This document shows positions 9,992 to 19,856 of a stretch of 64,000 nt of DNA, piece by piece (the stretch's first letter is position 1; each line of letters begins with the position of its first letter). The notes beneath the pieces were generated by a model. It saw only the letters and a list, made by a program, of their open reading frames with translations. It was not told the DNA's origin and did no database searches. The position numbers and the translations under genes were made by a program. The stretch is from an uncultured Alphaproteobacteria bacterium (GTDB taxonomy: Bacteria > Pseudomonadota > Alphaproteobacteria > Rhizobiales > Xanthobacteraceae), in assembly GCA_963765365.1 (NCBI GenBank), contig CAVXWL010000036.1, positions 18,502 to 82,501 on the forward strand. Reading direction: 5' to 3'.

Positions 9992-10961
9992 TTACAGCGT
10001 CGTTTGCCACTCCACCGGGACGTGTTCATAGCCGGTTGCGGTCTTGATCAGATGGCCGCAGGCCGGGAACGGGAAATGATAGCCGGTGATCAGCATGCGG
10101 TCGGCCGCGGCGCGGTCGAAGATTTTCTTGCGCGTTGCCACCGCCTCCGGACCATCGACGTCGAATGCCGCCTCCCAGTCGGGATGACGGGCAAACACGG
10201 CGGGATGCTGCGCGGTGTCGCTGAGAACCAAAAGCGATTGCGCGCCGGAATGAATGGCAAAAACCGTGTGTCCCGGCGTGTGACCCGGTGCGGGCAGGGT
10301 GACGATGCCGGGCGCGACTTCCTTGCCTGGCTGGTACTGGGTCACATGCTTGGCGATATCGGCGAAGATGCGCCGCTGATTGAGGAATGTCGGTTTCATA
10401 TCCGCAGGCGCGGCGTTCAGATTGGCGTCATCCATCCAGAACGCCCATTCCGGCGCCGGTACCATGATCTCGGCATTGGGAAAGATCAGCGTGTTGTTCT
10501 TGTCCTTGATGCCGTTGATGTGGTCGGGGTGGAAATGCGAAATGACGATCTGGTCGACCGCATTCGGATCGATGCCGGCGGCAACGAGATTGTCGCGCAG
10601 CTCGCCGGCCGAGTGGTGAGATCTGGCCGCCGGTGCCGGTATCGATCAGAACAAGCTTGCTGCCGGTGTTGACGACGAGTGCGGTGAACGGCGTCGCCAG
10701 CTTGTCGTGCGGCATGAAGGCTGCGTCCAGCGCATGCTCCACGTCGGCGAACGGCGCGTTGCGAATGAATTTGTCGGTGATCGGGCGATACCAGATGCCG
10801 TCATAGAGGGCGGTGATCTCGTACGAGCCGATCTTGTAGCGATAGATGGCGGGCGCTTGTTTGCCAGCCGGAGGTGCTGTCGCCGCCGCCGGAGCCATGC
10901 CGGCGGCAAATGCCGCGGCCGCCGTGCCGGCAAGGACCGTGCGTCGCGTCAATGCCGGCAT
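9992..10961 (-). pseudogene. MBL-fold metallo-hydrolase with Tat signal, interrupted by one frameshift near 10616
   Basis: N-part MPALTRRTVLAG..LVLIDTGTGGQIS (ORF 10428-11060) continues as HSAGELRDNLVAAGIDP..HFHPDH-type region in the frame of ORF 9992-10465; removing one C at 10615-10616 joins them. Confidence 0.75.
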
Positions 10962-10986
10962 TGCGTGCTCCTTTCGCCTCCCGATA

Positions 10987-11238
10987 TCAATGGACGTCGA
11001 CGTCCGTCGTGACCGTACCGCCGATCTTGACGCAGGCGTCCGTCCCAGGGAGCTGGACAAATCCGGCGCCGAAAGCGCTACAGGCCTTAAGGCGTCCTGT
11101 CGCCGGCGATTTCGCCGACATCGGCGGTGGCGGCGGACTTGTCTTGGCGTCGGGGTTTGTCAGCGTCGGTGCGCTATCGAATGCGCTAACCGACGCCGCG
11201 ATGAGAGAGAGCGCCAAGAGCGGAAGTGCGCGATGCAT
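10987..11238 (-). CDS. 83-aa porin N-terminus-like ORF (probable gene remnant)
   Basis: Signal peptide MHRALPLLALSLIAASVSA and CSAFGAGFVQLPGTDACVKIGG resemble the start of alphaproteobacterial porins, but the ORF stops after 83 aa; its ATG overlaps the repaired stop of the upstream hydrolase (TGATG). Confidence 0.4.
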   Translation of the reverse strand: MHRALPLLALSLIAASVSAFDSAPTLTNPDAKTSPPPPPMSAKSPATGRLKACSAFGAGFVQLPGTDACVKIGGTVTTDVDVH

Positions 11239-11965
11239 CACAGCGTCTCGGCGAAAAAATCGCGCATCAGGCATGTAGGATTTGCGGCAGAGTTTTTCAT
11301 CGTAACGCTGCGCGGCGGCGTTCGCCGTCGGATCGCAGAACGAATGCACCGCGCCGCCGAACATCATGACCTGCCAATCGATCTTGGCCGCGGTCAATTC
11401 ATCCTCGAAGGCGTCCATCATCGGTTTCGGCGTAACCGGATCCGCCGAGCCGTGGATCGCCAGTACGCGGCCCTTGATGTTGCAGGGCGTGCCGGCAACG
11501 ACCGGATTCGGATTTGTGACATGGAAGACGACTACGGCCTCGAAATTCGCGGCCGCGCGCGCCTGTTCGAGGGCGTAACCGCCGCCCGCGCAAAAGCCGA
11601 TCGCCCCGATCTTTGTCGTGTCGGCGACGCCGAGCTTGCTGCGCTTCGGCCAAAAGCGTGTCGTAGGCCTTGCCGCCGCAGGCAAGCGTGAAGGGCAGGT
11701 TCTTGTGTACCGCGAGCATGCCGGCCCGCAAGTCGTCGACGGTTTTCGGTTTCGCGCCATAGCCTGAGCCGAACATATCGGCCATCAGCACGACATAGTC
11801 CTTGCCCGCGACGGCGCGCGCCTGGCCGATCGTATCGGGACAGACGCCCTTCCAATCGGGCTGCATGAAGACGATCGGGCGCTTTGCCGTCACGCTGTCG
11901 TCATAGACAATCACCCCCTCGAATTGACGGTCGTCGACTTGATACGGCACCTTCTGCTCGGCCAT
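11238..11965 (-). pseudogene. Dienelactone hydrolase family protein with two frameshifts (about 11640 and 11271)
   Basis: MAEQKVPYQ..AYDTLLAEA (ORF 11399-11965) then KLGVADTTKIGAIGFCAGGG..LAIHGSADP..GAVHSF (frame of ORF 10987-11760) then LMRDFFAETL-stop in a third frame. Confidence 0.75.
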
Positions 11966-12107
11966 CGTGCGCTCCCTGGTCGTTTCGGCGCACCGATACT
12001 AACCGAAATAAGGGGGCAATATTCCACCGATAGGAGGCGAAGGGGAGGCGGCTGAATAATTCATACTTCGGGGTCGTTGCCGAAGCCCGCGATCACATGT
12101 AGGAGCA

Positions 12108-12341
12108 GTGTTGTCACGAGGAAGAATGCCTGAAATGTCAAAGCAAGAGATGCGCGAAGAGGCTGAGCGTCTCGTCAAAGAGGCCCTGGAGCGCAAAACC
12201 GTCACCATTAAGCAGGGTAATACCCGGATCGAGACCAAGTGCGGCAAGTGCGGGGCACCAAACCGCGTCACGGCGGCTCCGGGAGAGACACGGGTCGAAT
12301 ACACCTGCAAGGAATGCGGCGCCAAGCAGCGGACCTTGTAA
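12108..12341 (+). CDS. Small zinc-ribbon protein (two CxxC pairs); true start may be an internal Met
   Basis: CGKCG and CKECG pairs; charged N-terminus. Confidence 0.5.
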   Translation: MLSRGRMPEMSKQEMREEAERLVKEALERKTVTIKQGNTRIETKCGKCGAPNRVTAAPGETRVEYTCKECGAKQRTL

Positions 12342-12480
12342 GCTGGCGGCGAGGCGGACCTGACGGCGACGCAGAAGCGGCGTCACCCCTGCCGCTTTCC
12401 CCACTTGCGCTCGTTTCGAGGCATTGCCTCGCGCATTGCTCAGATGATTGATACCCGCTGCATTGATGCGAGAGAGCTTT

Positions 12481-12711
12481 ATGAAGGTCATACTGCTTGG
12501 CCTGATCGGCTTGTTTTTAGGGGCGATCACGGGCGGTGTCATTGGAACAGGACTGGGCCTGGCCTGGACCAGCATCTTCAAGACAACCGGTTTTGAAGGC
12601 TATTCAGGCATGCTGGTATTTTACACCTTCATGCCGGTCGGAATCATCGTCGGCGCGCTCGCCGGCGCCATCGGGCTTGGCATCGTCGCCGCCCGCGATC
12701 ACCCGGTCTAG
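12481..12711 (+). CDS. Small Gly-rich two-helix membrane protein
   Basis: Start at MKVILLGLIGLFLGAITGG; two hydrophobic helices. Confidence 0.45.
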   Translation: MKVILLGLIGLFLGAITGGVIGTGLGLAWTSIFKTTGFEGYSGMLVFYTFMPVGIIVGALAGAIGLGIVAARDHPV

Positions 12712-12719
12712 ACGGCCTG

Positions 12720-14093
12720 TTACGATGCCCGACCGGCTGGCACATCGTTTGGGTGGGCAACGCGCGAAACAAGCTGGTTCAGATTTCGCATCACGGACGA
12801 GAGCGAATCTCGTGAGCTCAGTACCGTCAAGGCGGACTGCAAAAACGCGGCGGTTCGTTCGTCAAGCACGGGCGCGGCGGCATCTTGAAACTTGTTGCGG
12901 ATGTCGGTTTCACGAAATGGATGCGCGGGATCGCCGGGAATATCGCGTACGCGCCGTTCGTATCGGCCGGATTTTGTGGTGACGACGATGCGCGCCGGCC
13001 AGGAGCTTGGGTATTCGGCGAGCAGAGCGTCATCGGCGGCGACTTTGATGCGCTCCATGAAGGCTTGCAGCGGCGGCAATGCTGTCTCTGCCGGCTGTCC
13101 GAGATTGAGCATGTCGTCCGGATGGAGCGCTACCATCGCCAATTGATAGGGCAGGCTGGTGAGGAACGACGCTCGGTTGCCTGACTTAATCCCGTGATCG
13201 ATCATCTTCAAATGCGGCGGCAGGACAAAGGCTGTGACGTCGGTAATGTCGGCGACCGTCACGCCGTCATCGAGAAGTTCGCGCAAGGCTTGGGTTGCCG
13301 CCATGGTCTGGCGTGCCGCGCACCATGGCTTGAAGGAGACGCGCGCGAGAGCAACTTCGCCGGCGGCTCCTTGGCTGATCATGCCGGCGTCGGGCTCGAT
13401 GCCATAAACGTCAGGAAATAGCCGCGAGTTCAGCGCATCGGTGTCTGCGGTGAATCCCGCTTGCGCCGCATACGCCGCCGCCAGTCCGCTGCGTGCGGCA
13501 TTGCCGACCAGGAGCCACCGCGCGGTGGTCGCGGCATGATGCTGGCCAACCGTGGGGGACGCCATGACGAGCGCCAGCGCGAGCGCCTGTGCGGTTTCAC
13601 TCCGATCGAGCCGCATCAGGCGCGCCGCTACCGCCGCAGTCGCAATGCCGGCGGCGAAATAGGTCGGCCAGATGCCACGGTAGAGGATGTTCGGGCCCTT
13701 CACGGCCAAGCCAAAGCGGATCATTGCCTCGTAGCCGCCGATGATCGCCGCCACGACGTCGCCGGAATCCACATCGGCCATTTCAGAAGCCAAAGTCAGC
13801 GCGGCCGGAATCACGATCGAACCCGGCGTCGTCATGGATGCAAGGTGGATGTCGTCGATCTCGCTCAAGCGGGTCAGCGCGCAGTGAAGGGCGACGCCGT
13901 CGAAGTCATCGCTGCGCGGATGCGACTGACGGGCAAAGGCAATGAGCAATTCGCCTTCGGGGGTTTTCGTGGCTGCCACCCAGGCGCCAATCGTATCGGC
14001 GACGTGCAGCCGCAACTTCTCCAGCGTGCCCGCTGCGACGTTGTCCGCTCGCAGGTCAGTGATGAAGCCGGCAAGCTCGTCGATACCATTCAT
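12720..14093 (-). CDS. MmgE/PrpD family protein (2-methylcitrate dehydratase-like fold)
   Basis: 457 aa; overall MmgE/PrpD pattern (..ALTRLSEIDDIHL..TTPGS.VIPAAL..); ATGA overlap with upstream gene. Confidence 0.8.
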   Translation of the reverse strand: MNGIDELAGFITDLRADNVAAGTLEKLRLHVADTIGAWVAATKTPEGELLIAFARQSHPRSDDFDGVALHCALTRLSEIDDIHLASMTTPGSIVIPAALTLASEMADVDSGDVVAAIIGGYEAMIRFGLAVKGPNILYRGIWPTYFAAGIATAAVAARLMRLDRSETAQALALALVMASPTVGQHHAATTARWLLVGNAARSGLAAAYAAQAGFTADTDALNSRLFPDVYGIEPDAGMISQGAAGEVALARVSFKPWCAARQTMAATQALRELLDDGVTVADITDVTAFVLPPHLKMIDHGIKSGNRASFLTSLPYQLAMVALHPDDMLNLGQPAETALPPLQAFMERIKVAADDALLAEYPSSWPARIVVTTKSGRYERRVRDIPGDPAHPFRETDIRNKFQDAAAPVLDERTAAFLQSALTVLSSRDSLSSVMRNLNQLVSRVAHPNDVPAGRAS

Positions 14094-15220
14094 GACGAGG
14101 CACCGTGCCGCCACAGCACATCAGGTCCATTCGGCGTCACCGCGACCATGGCCGACGCAACGGCGCCCGCCCCAGTGTCATCGATCAGCCCGGCGCGCAG
14201 CGAATAGACCGCTCCGGCCTCGAGCCTTGTGCCGCTATCCGGAGTCAGCGCCGGCGCTTCATCCCGTGCAAGACCGATGGAACTGCCGAGCATGGTCGCT
14301 GCAAGCGGATGAAGCTGGAATGCTCCGCGGCCTTGATCGACGATCCCCCGCAACTCCCGGCATGACTGGCCGGGTTTTGCGCTCGTCACCATGGCGTCCA
14401 GGATGCCGTCGACCTTTTCTTGCAGGGCGTCCTTTGTCGAAGCGACGCGGACAAAACCTTCGGCCCAATAACCGTCATGCCGCGCGGCGAGATAGACCTG
14501 CAGCGGGTCGCGCCGATCCGGGATCGGAAGGTCGAATGGCCGAAGCGTGCGGCCGCGATCGAGGCTGAAGAGAGAGCGTACATCCTGCGCGCCGCGTTGC
14601 AATGCGGCGTGCTCGGCCGTGAGAATACAATCGGTAACGTTCTTTCTCGCCAACACGGCATCGCGCAATGCCGTTGCCGCCGCGGCGAGTATGTCGCAGG
14701 CCTCACCCATGGCGCGCAGCTCGCGCGGCCGCTTGCGGCGCATGCCGGCCTGCAATGTCCGATCCGCCACTTCGACCTTGATATCAGAACCCAGCGCCTG
14801 GTCGAACGCGCCGCGCATGCCAAGCGGCATCGCGTCGCCGCCAATCAAAAGCAACGCACCACCGCCCTGCAATGCGCCGGCCCAGGCGGCGGCGGTTTTG
14901 GTGGCCTCGCGCAGCGGCGCCAGGTTTTCCACGAAAGTCAAAGGCTTCGCCGCCGGCACCATATTGACCCCGCCGCCGATAAGGAGTTGCGCCTTGCCAT
15001 GGCGTGGAATGAGCGCCAGCGCTGCCTCCAGCTTCGGCGTGAAATTGGTGAGGTAGGCCAGCGCCGCGTAATCGCTGCTGTTGCCATAGACGATGGCGCC
15101 ACCCGCGTTTGGATGGCTTTGCCACAGCGCGGCGAGCCGCTCCTCGAATTCCACGCGCGGCATCTGCCGCGGATCCCAGTCGGCAGGGCCGACCAAAAGA
15201 GTAGGGTGCATGGTTTGCAT
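14090..15220 (-). CDS. Creatinase/Xaa-Pro peptidase (M24)-fold protein, apparently lacking the metal ligands
   Basis: Start at MQTMHPTLL; pita-bread-fold layout by eye, but the canonical D/D/H/E/E positions look substituted. Confidence 0.6.
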   Translation of the reverse strand: MQTMHPTLLVGPADWDPRQMPRVEFEERLAALWQSHPNAGGAIVYGNSSDYAALAYLTNFTPKLEAALALIPRHGKAQLLIGGGVNMVPAAKPLTFVENLAPLREATKTAAAWAGALQGGGALLLIGGDAMPLGMRGAFDQALGSDIKVEVADRTLQAGMRRKRPRELRAMGEACDILAAAATALRDAVLARKNVTDCILTAEHAALQRGAQDVRSLFSLDRGRTLRPFDLPIPDRRDPLQVYLAARHDGYWAEGFVRVASTKDALQEKVDGILDAMVTSAKPGQSCRELRGIVDQGRGAFQLHPLAATMLGSSIGLARDEAPALTPDSGTRLEAGAVYSLRAGLIDDTGAGAVASAMVAVTPNGPDVLWRHGASS

Positions 15221-15239
15221 ATCCAGCTCTCTCGACGGG

Positions 15240-16352
15240 TCAGAAGGGTAGTTCCGCCAACGCGGCCTGTCGGCGGGTGAGAACATTCGCACCCTGCGGT
15301 GTCATGGCCACCGGCTCGCCGCAGAGCAAATAGCCGGTTTCCGGCAAATATTGGTTCGGGTGAATCATGAACAGCATATCCGGCTCAAGCACGATGGCGT
15401 TGTCGAGCGCGACGTCGCCAGGCCCGATCGAACCGAAGCCAAGGCCATGGCCGCGGCGGCGGATATGCGGCGGGTAACAGAATTCGCCGTAGCCTTCCGC
15501 CTCCAGCACCATATTGATGGCGCGGCAAATGTCGGCCATTGCGGCGCCGGGTCTCGCGGCGGCGAAGCCGGCATTCATGGCCGTGACTACGAGATCATAT
15601 TTCTCCCGCAACATCGCCGGCGCCTTGCCGAGCACGATGGTGCGGCAGATTTGAGCGAGCTGGCCGCGATAGCTCGGCGTCAATTCGCAGACGATGATGT
15701 CGCCTTTCTGCATTCGCCGGCCGTTCGACGGTGCGACGGCCCTGTTGTGCGGTCCGGCGCACAGCAGAACGAAATTATCCTCCGCCCCGAGCGATTTCGA
15801 ATGCCAGCGCAGTTCGCTCGCCAATTCGTCTTCGCTCATTCCCGGCCGCGCCAATTCCAGGAGCCGCGCAAAGCCGAGCTCGGCGATGCGGGTGGCCTCG
15901 CGCGCATAAGCAAGCTCGCTGTCGATCTTGCGCCGCGCCGGTTCGAATAAAATGTCGTCGCCAGGTTGGGCGTGCGGCAAGAGTTCGGTCAGGCGCTTGC
16001 CGATCCAATAAGGCGCGGCCGCAAGTCCGGCGATGCCGATCCCGGTACGCCCGGCAGACGAGCCCAGCGCCACTTCAAGCCCGGCGACGACATCGTCGGC
16101 CGGCACGATTCTGACGTTCGGACAGACCTCGCGCGCCCGCTCGGCATCCCATTGCGGCGTCACCACGAGGCTCACCGCGCCGGAGCGGTCGAGCAGCGCG
16201 GCGACCGGCCCGAGCGCTTTGAATCCGGTGAGCACCTTCACCGGATCGGGCTTCTCGATGAAATGTGCGCCATCGTGGACAGCGACCAGGCAGTCGAGTG
16301 CCGTCGTCAACAGACAGTTGCGAATTTCGGCGAGGCGTTGCTCGAAGGTCAT
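15240..16352 (-). CDS. M24 family (creatinase / Xaa-Pro peptidase / ectoine hydrolase-like) protein
   Basis: KGDIIVCELTPSYRGQLAQICRT, RRGHGLGFG, MIHPNQY align by eye to M24 motifs with non-canonical ligands. Confidence 0.75.
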   Translation of the reverse strand: MTFEQRLAEIRNCLLTTALDCLVAVHDGAHFIEKPDPVKVLTGFKALGPVAALLDRSGAVSLVVTPQWDAERAREVCPNVRIVPADDVVAGLEVALGSSAGRTGIGIAGLAAAPYWIGKRLTELLPHAQPGDDILFEPARRKIDSELAYAREATRIAELGFARLLELARPGMSEDELASELRWHSKSLGAEDNFVLLCAGPHNRAVAPSNGRRMQKGDIIVCELTPSYRGQLAQICRTIVLGKAPAMLREKYDLVVTAMNAGFAAARPGAAMADICRAINMVLEAEGYGEFCYPPHIRRRGHGLGFGSIGPGDVALDNAIVLEPDMLFMIHPNQYLPETGYLLCGEPVAMTPQGANVLTRRQAALAELPF

Positions 16353-16358
16353 GGTCGC

Positions 16359-17342
16359 TCAGAAGTCTTCGGAGCCGGTGGCGTCGCCGAGATCGGTGTC
16401 GGCGAACAGTTCGCCAAGCGGCGCGGCCTTGCCGATCAAGCCTTGCTGCAGGCAGTAACGCTGCACCGTCTGCAAATTCTTCACGTTGGCCGGCGTGAGC
16501 CCGTAGGACCATGGGTCTTTGCCGAGCGTTGCTTCCTGTTCCTCGACCGCGGTGCGGACGAAAGCGAGCGGCACCATGCGCGGATTGGCGAGACGACGAT
16601 AGGCGAGCTGTTTCGATTTTTCGAAGGCCTTGACCAGATTGGTGGCCACCCATGGATATTTGTCGGCGATCTCCTGCTTGACGGTGGTGACATGCATGAT
16701 GGGGAAAATGCCGGTGTCCTTGAAATAGGCGAGCTCGACATCCTTGTGGTTGGGGAACAGGCGGGCGATGCGCTTATCGCCGTCGACGAAGGGCCGCGGC
16801 AGCGTCGGCGTGATCATGGCCGGAATATCGCCATCGGCCAGCATGTCGCTCAAGGGCTTGTCTGACGTCTTCATTTCGATGCGCAAGCCTGGCGGCGGGC
16901 TGAACGCGACGTCTTCGGTGCGCTCGACGAGCCAGGTGATCGAGCGGTGATCGAGGCCGTAATGCTCTTCCAGGATGCCCCTGATCCAGATGCTGGCGGC
17001 CGGCTGGAAATTGGTGCCGCCGACCACCTTGCCGTTGAGATCTTTCGGCGTCCTGATCCCGGCCGCGGTGTTGACGAAGACGAAGCCATGGCGGAAACGG
17101 CGATGCAGAAACACCGGAATGGCGGTGAGCGGCTCGCCCTGGTCGCGGATGATGAAATAAGCGCCGACATTCTCCTCGCAGACATCGAATTCGTGCTTGC
17201 GGCCCATGCGCCAGTGGCGCTCGCGCGGCCCCATCTCCGAAAGAAAAATCAGGTCGAGGCCGTCGGCCTCGACCACGCCTTCCTTGAGCGGGCGCACGAT
17301 ATCGTAGTCGCCGCACGCCACCGTCAACCTCAATTTGCCCAT
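16359..17342 (-). CDS. Cytoplasmic binding-protein-fold protein, 4,5-dihydroxyphthalate decarboxylase (PhtD)-like
   Basis: MGKLRLTVACGDYDIVRPLKEG N-terminus without signal peptide, as in PhtD-type proteins. Confidence 0.65.
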   Translation of the reverse strand: MGKLRLTVACGDYDIVRPLKEGVVEADGLDLIFLSEMGPRERHWRMGRKHEFDVCEENVGAYFIIRDQGEPLTAIPVFLHRRFRHGFVFVNTAAGIRTPKDLNGKVVGGTNFQPAASIWIRGILEEHYGLDHRSITWLVERTEDVAFSPPPGLRIEMKTSDKPLSDMLADGDIPAMITPTLPRPFVDGDKRIARLFPNHKDVELAYFKDTGIFPIMHVTTVKQEIADKYPWVATNLVKAFEKSKQLAYRRLANPRMVPLAFVRTAVEEQEATLGKDPWSYGLTPANVKNLQTVQRYCLQQGLIGKAAPLGELFADTDLGDATGSEDF

Positions 17343-17364
17343 TTTGATGTCCCGTTCGTGTCAA

Positions 17365-18180
17365 TCAATCGCGCCATCGCGCATAATGCAACTCGGCGCG
17401 GCGCACAATCTCGTTGAGCGCGATCGCGATCGCCGCCAGCATCGAGACCAGCCCCATCAGCTTCGCCGCATCGAGATTTTGCGTGAAGACGCTGGTGAAA
17501 TAACCGATGCCCGCGGTGGAGACATAGAGCTCGGCCAGCAGCACGCCGAGCAATACGCCGCTCATGGCAAGGCGCATGCCGGTAAAGAAGCTCGGAACTG
17601 CGTGCGGGAAGATCACATGGCGGAGCAATTGCCAACGGCTGGCGCCCATGGAGCGTGCGCTGACAAACAGCACCGGCTCGATCTTCTGCACACCGGCGGC
17701 CACCGCGATCATGATGGGGAACATGCCATGGCTGACGCCAAAAGCAATTTTGGAGGCGGCGCCGATGCCGAACAACAGGATGAAGATCGGCAGGATGGTG
17801 ATTTGCGGTATGCCGTAAAGCAAGAGAACGATCGGCATAAAACTCTGGTGGGCAAAACGATTGAGCCCGACGGCAAGGCCGACGGCGGCGCCGATGAACA
17901 CCGCCAGCACGAAGGCGATCGCGATCTCATATAACGTCAACCACAAGGCCGGCGGTACGCCTGGCGTGCCGAATAATTTGCCGAGCGACATCAGGACAGT
18001 CGAAGGTGGGCTGACAAAATCGCGATCGAGGAAATAACGCGCCGCGATTTCCCAGAGCAGGAGGAGTAGCACCACCGCGCCGAGCCGTGCGACGCCGGGA
18101 CGGCGTAACAGCCAGCGCCGCAAGGCGGGGAAGGCCGGCGCTATGGCCGGCTGCGCGCCGTCGCTCCGGATCACCGCCAT
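17365..18180 (-). CDS. ABC transporter permease (NitT/TauT-type)
   Basis: Six-TM hydrophobic profile; overlaps upstream permease by 10 nt. Confidence 0.85.
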   Translation of the reverse strand: MAVIRSDGAQPAIAPAFPALRRWLLRRPGVARLGAVVLLLLLWEIAARYFLDRDFVSPPSTVLMSLGKLFGTPGVPPALWLTLYEIAIAFVLAVFIGAAVGLAVGLNRFAHQSFMPIVLLLYGIPQITILPIFILLFGIGAASKIAFGVSHGMFPIMIAVAAGVQKIEPVLFVSARSMGASRWQLLRHVIFPHAVPSFFTGMRLAMSGVLLGVLLAELYVSTAGIGYFTSVFTQNLDAAKLMGLVSMLAAIAIALNEIVRRAELHYARWRD

Positions 18181-18944
18181 CGTGCACGGCCTTCGAGCTT
18201 CGACACGGCGGTATTGAGGACGGCAACGATCGCGATGACAAAGACGATGTAGGCGAACATGCGCGCCGTATCCATGTCTTCGGCGAGGTTGACGATGCGG
18301 TGCCCCAGGCCGGCGAACGAGGCGATGGTCTCACTGGCTATCACCGACAACAGCGCGACAGTGAAACCCATGCGCAGCCCCGCCAGTACGACCGGCAGCG
18401 CGCCGGGCAGCAGCACGTGGCGGAACATCTGCAGGTCGCCTGCTCCCATCGACCGCGCCGCTGTGACCAGCCTCTGATCGGCATGGCCGAAGCCCGCGAT
18501 CGTGCTCAGCACGATAGGAAAGAAGCTGATCGTGGCGCCAAGTGCGATCTTGGATTCCGGGCCGAGGCCGAACGACATGACGTAAAGCGGCAAGAACAGG
18601 ATGATCGGCACGGCATAGATCGCCGCCAGCAACGGCTCAAAGACCCGGATCATGTAGCGCGAGCGGCTGATCAGATAACCGAGCGACACGCCAAGCGACA
18701 TCGCGATGGCGAAGGCAGCGGCGAGTTCGCCGAGCGTTACCTTAAGGTCGGGGATGAAAGCACCCGAGACGACGATGTCCACCAGTTGATGCCAGGCATC
18801 GACTGGCTTCGGCAGCAGGATACGGCTGACGCCCCACACGCTGGTTGCCAAGAACCACAACAGCAGCAGTGCCGCCAGGAATCCGACCTGCACGAGCCGG
18901 CTCAGCAGGCGGCTTCTGAGGCCGGATGGCGTGCTAGGAGTCAT
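18171..18944 (-). CDS. ABC transporter permease (NitT/TauT-type)
   Basis: Start at MTPSTPSGLRS chosen (11-nt overlap with ATPase stop); paralogous to 17365-18180. Confidence 0.8.
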   Translation of the reverse strand: MTPSTPSGLRSRLLSRLVQVGFLAALLLLWFLATSVWGVSRILLPKPVDAWHQLVDIVVSGAFIPDLKVTLGELAAAFAIAMSLGVSLGYLISRSRYMIRVFEPLLAAIYAVPIILFLPLYVMSFGLGPESKIALGATISFFPIVLSTIAGFGHADQRLVTAARSMGAGDLQMFRHVLLPGALPVVLAGLRMGFTVALLSVIASETIASFAGLGHRIVNLAEDMDTARMFAYIVFVIAIVAVLNTAVSKLEGRARWR

Positions 18945-19797
18945 GCGCGCCGTCCGATTTGGCCGCAGTGTCCTGGTCGTAGCGCCGGCGCGGCTGCGCA
19001 CTCTCCGACATCGCTTTGCGAATTTCGTCGTGGAGGAGGCCATAAAGCTGATCGCGCAGCGCATGAAACTTCGGTGCGGTCATGAATGACGGCTTGCGCG
19101 GATGCGGCTCGTCGACCGTGATGATCTGCTTGATGGTGCCGGGCCGCGCCGAGAATACGGCGACACGGTCGGCCAGGAACACGGCCTCGCCAAGGCTGTG
19201 GGTGACGAAGACGATGGTCTTTGCCGAATGCGACAGCAACACCGATAGATCTTCGCCCAGCACCATGCGCGTCTGTTCGTCGAGCGCGCCGAACGGTTCG
19301 TCCATCAGCAGAATGTCGGTCTCCAGGCTGAGCGCGCGCGCCAGCGCGGCGCGCTGGCGCATGCCGCCGGACAGTTGCCCGGGATAGTGATCGGCAAAAT
19401 CCAGGAGCCCGACCGCTTCGAGGGCGCGACGGGCGCGCTCACCCCGTTCCGCTTTGGCGACGCCCTGGAACGTCATGCCAAGCACGACGTTCTCAAAAAC
19501 GCTATTCCAGGGAAACAACGCACTCTCCTGGAACACGAAGGCGAGATCGCGCGGCATGGGGCCGCGTACGGTTTTGCCGGATACGTCGATGCTACCGGCC
19601 GTCGGCGCGATCAATCCGCCCATGATGCTGAGCAATGTCGACTTACCGCAGCCCGAAGGTCCGATCAGGCAGTGCAATTCGCCGCGCGCGATTTCGAGCG
19701 ACGTATCGCGCAGCGCCTGCACGTGGCGCGCCTCGCCGGCTTCGCCGAATTGATGCGAGACGCCGCGGACGCTGATGGCGGATGGTGCAGATGTCAT
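18934..19797 (-). CDS. ABC transporter ATP-binding protein
   Basis: Walker A GPSGCGKST, signature [15 protein letters not shown], Walker [13 protein letters not shown]. Confidence 0.9.
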   Translation of the reverse strand: MTSAPSAISVRGVSHQFGEAGEARHVQALRDTSLEIARGELHCLIGPSGCGKSTLLSIMGGLIAPTAGSIDVSGKTVRGPMPRDLAFVFQESALFPWNSVFENVVLGMTFQGVAKAERGERARRALEAVGLLDFADHYPGQLSGGMRQRAALARALSLETDILLMDEPFGALDEQTRMVLGEDLSVLLSHSAKTIVFVTHSLGEAVFLADRVAVFSARPGTIKQIITVDEPHPRKPSFMTAPKFHALRDQLYGLLHDEIRKAMSESAQPRRRYDQDTAAKSDGAHDS

Positions 19798-19856
19798 GCG
19801 GTCTCGGCGATGTCGCGCGGCCGGGTCAAGCGGAAGGCACAGCCGGCCGTGGCGGC

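Noticed and set aside
10987-11760. 257-aa ORF as a single gene
   Set aside because: It is a chimera. Its first two thirds are the middle of a dienelactone hydrolase, and its last 83 aa start with their own Met and signal peptide. The hydrolase C-terminus (LMRDFFAETL-stop) lies in another frame.
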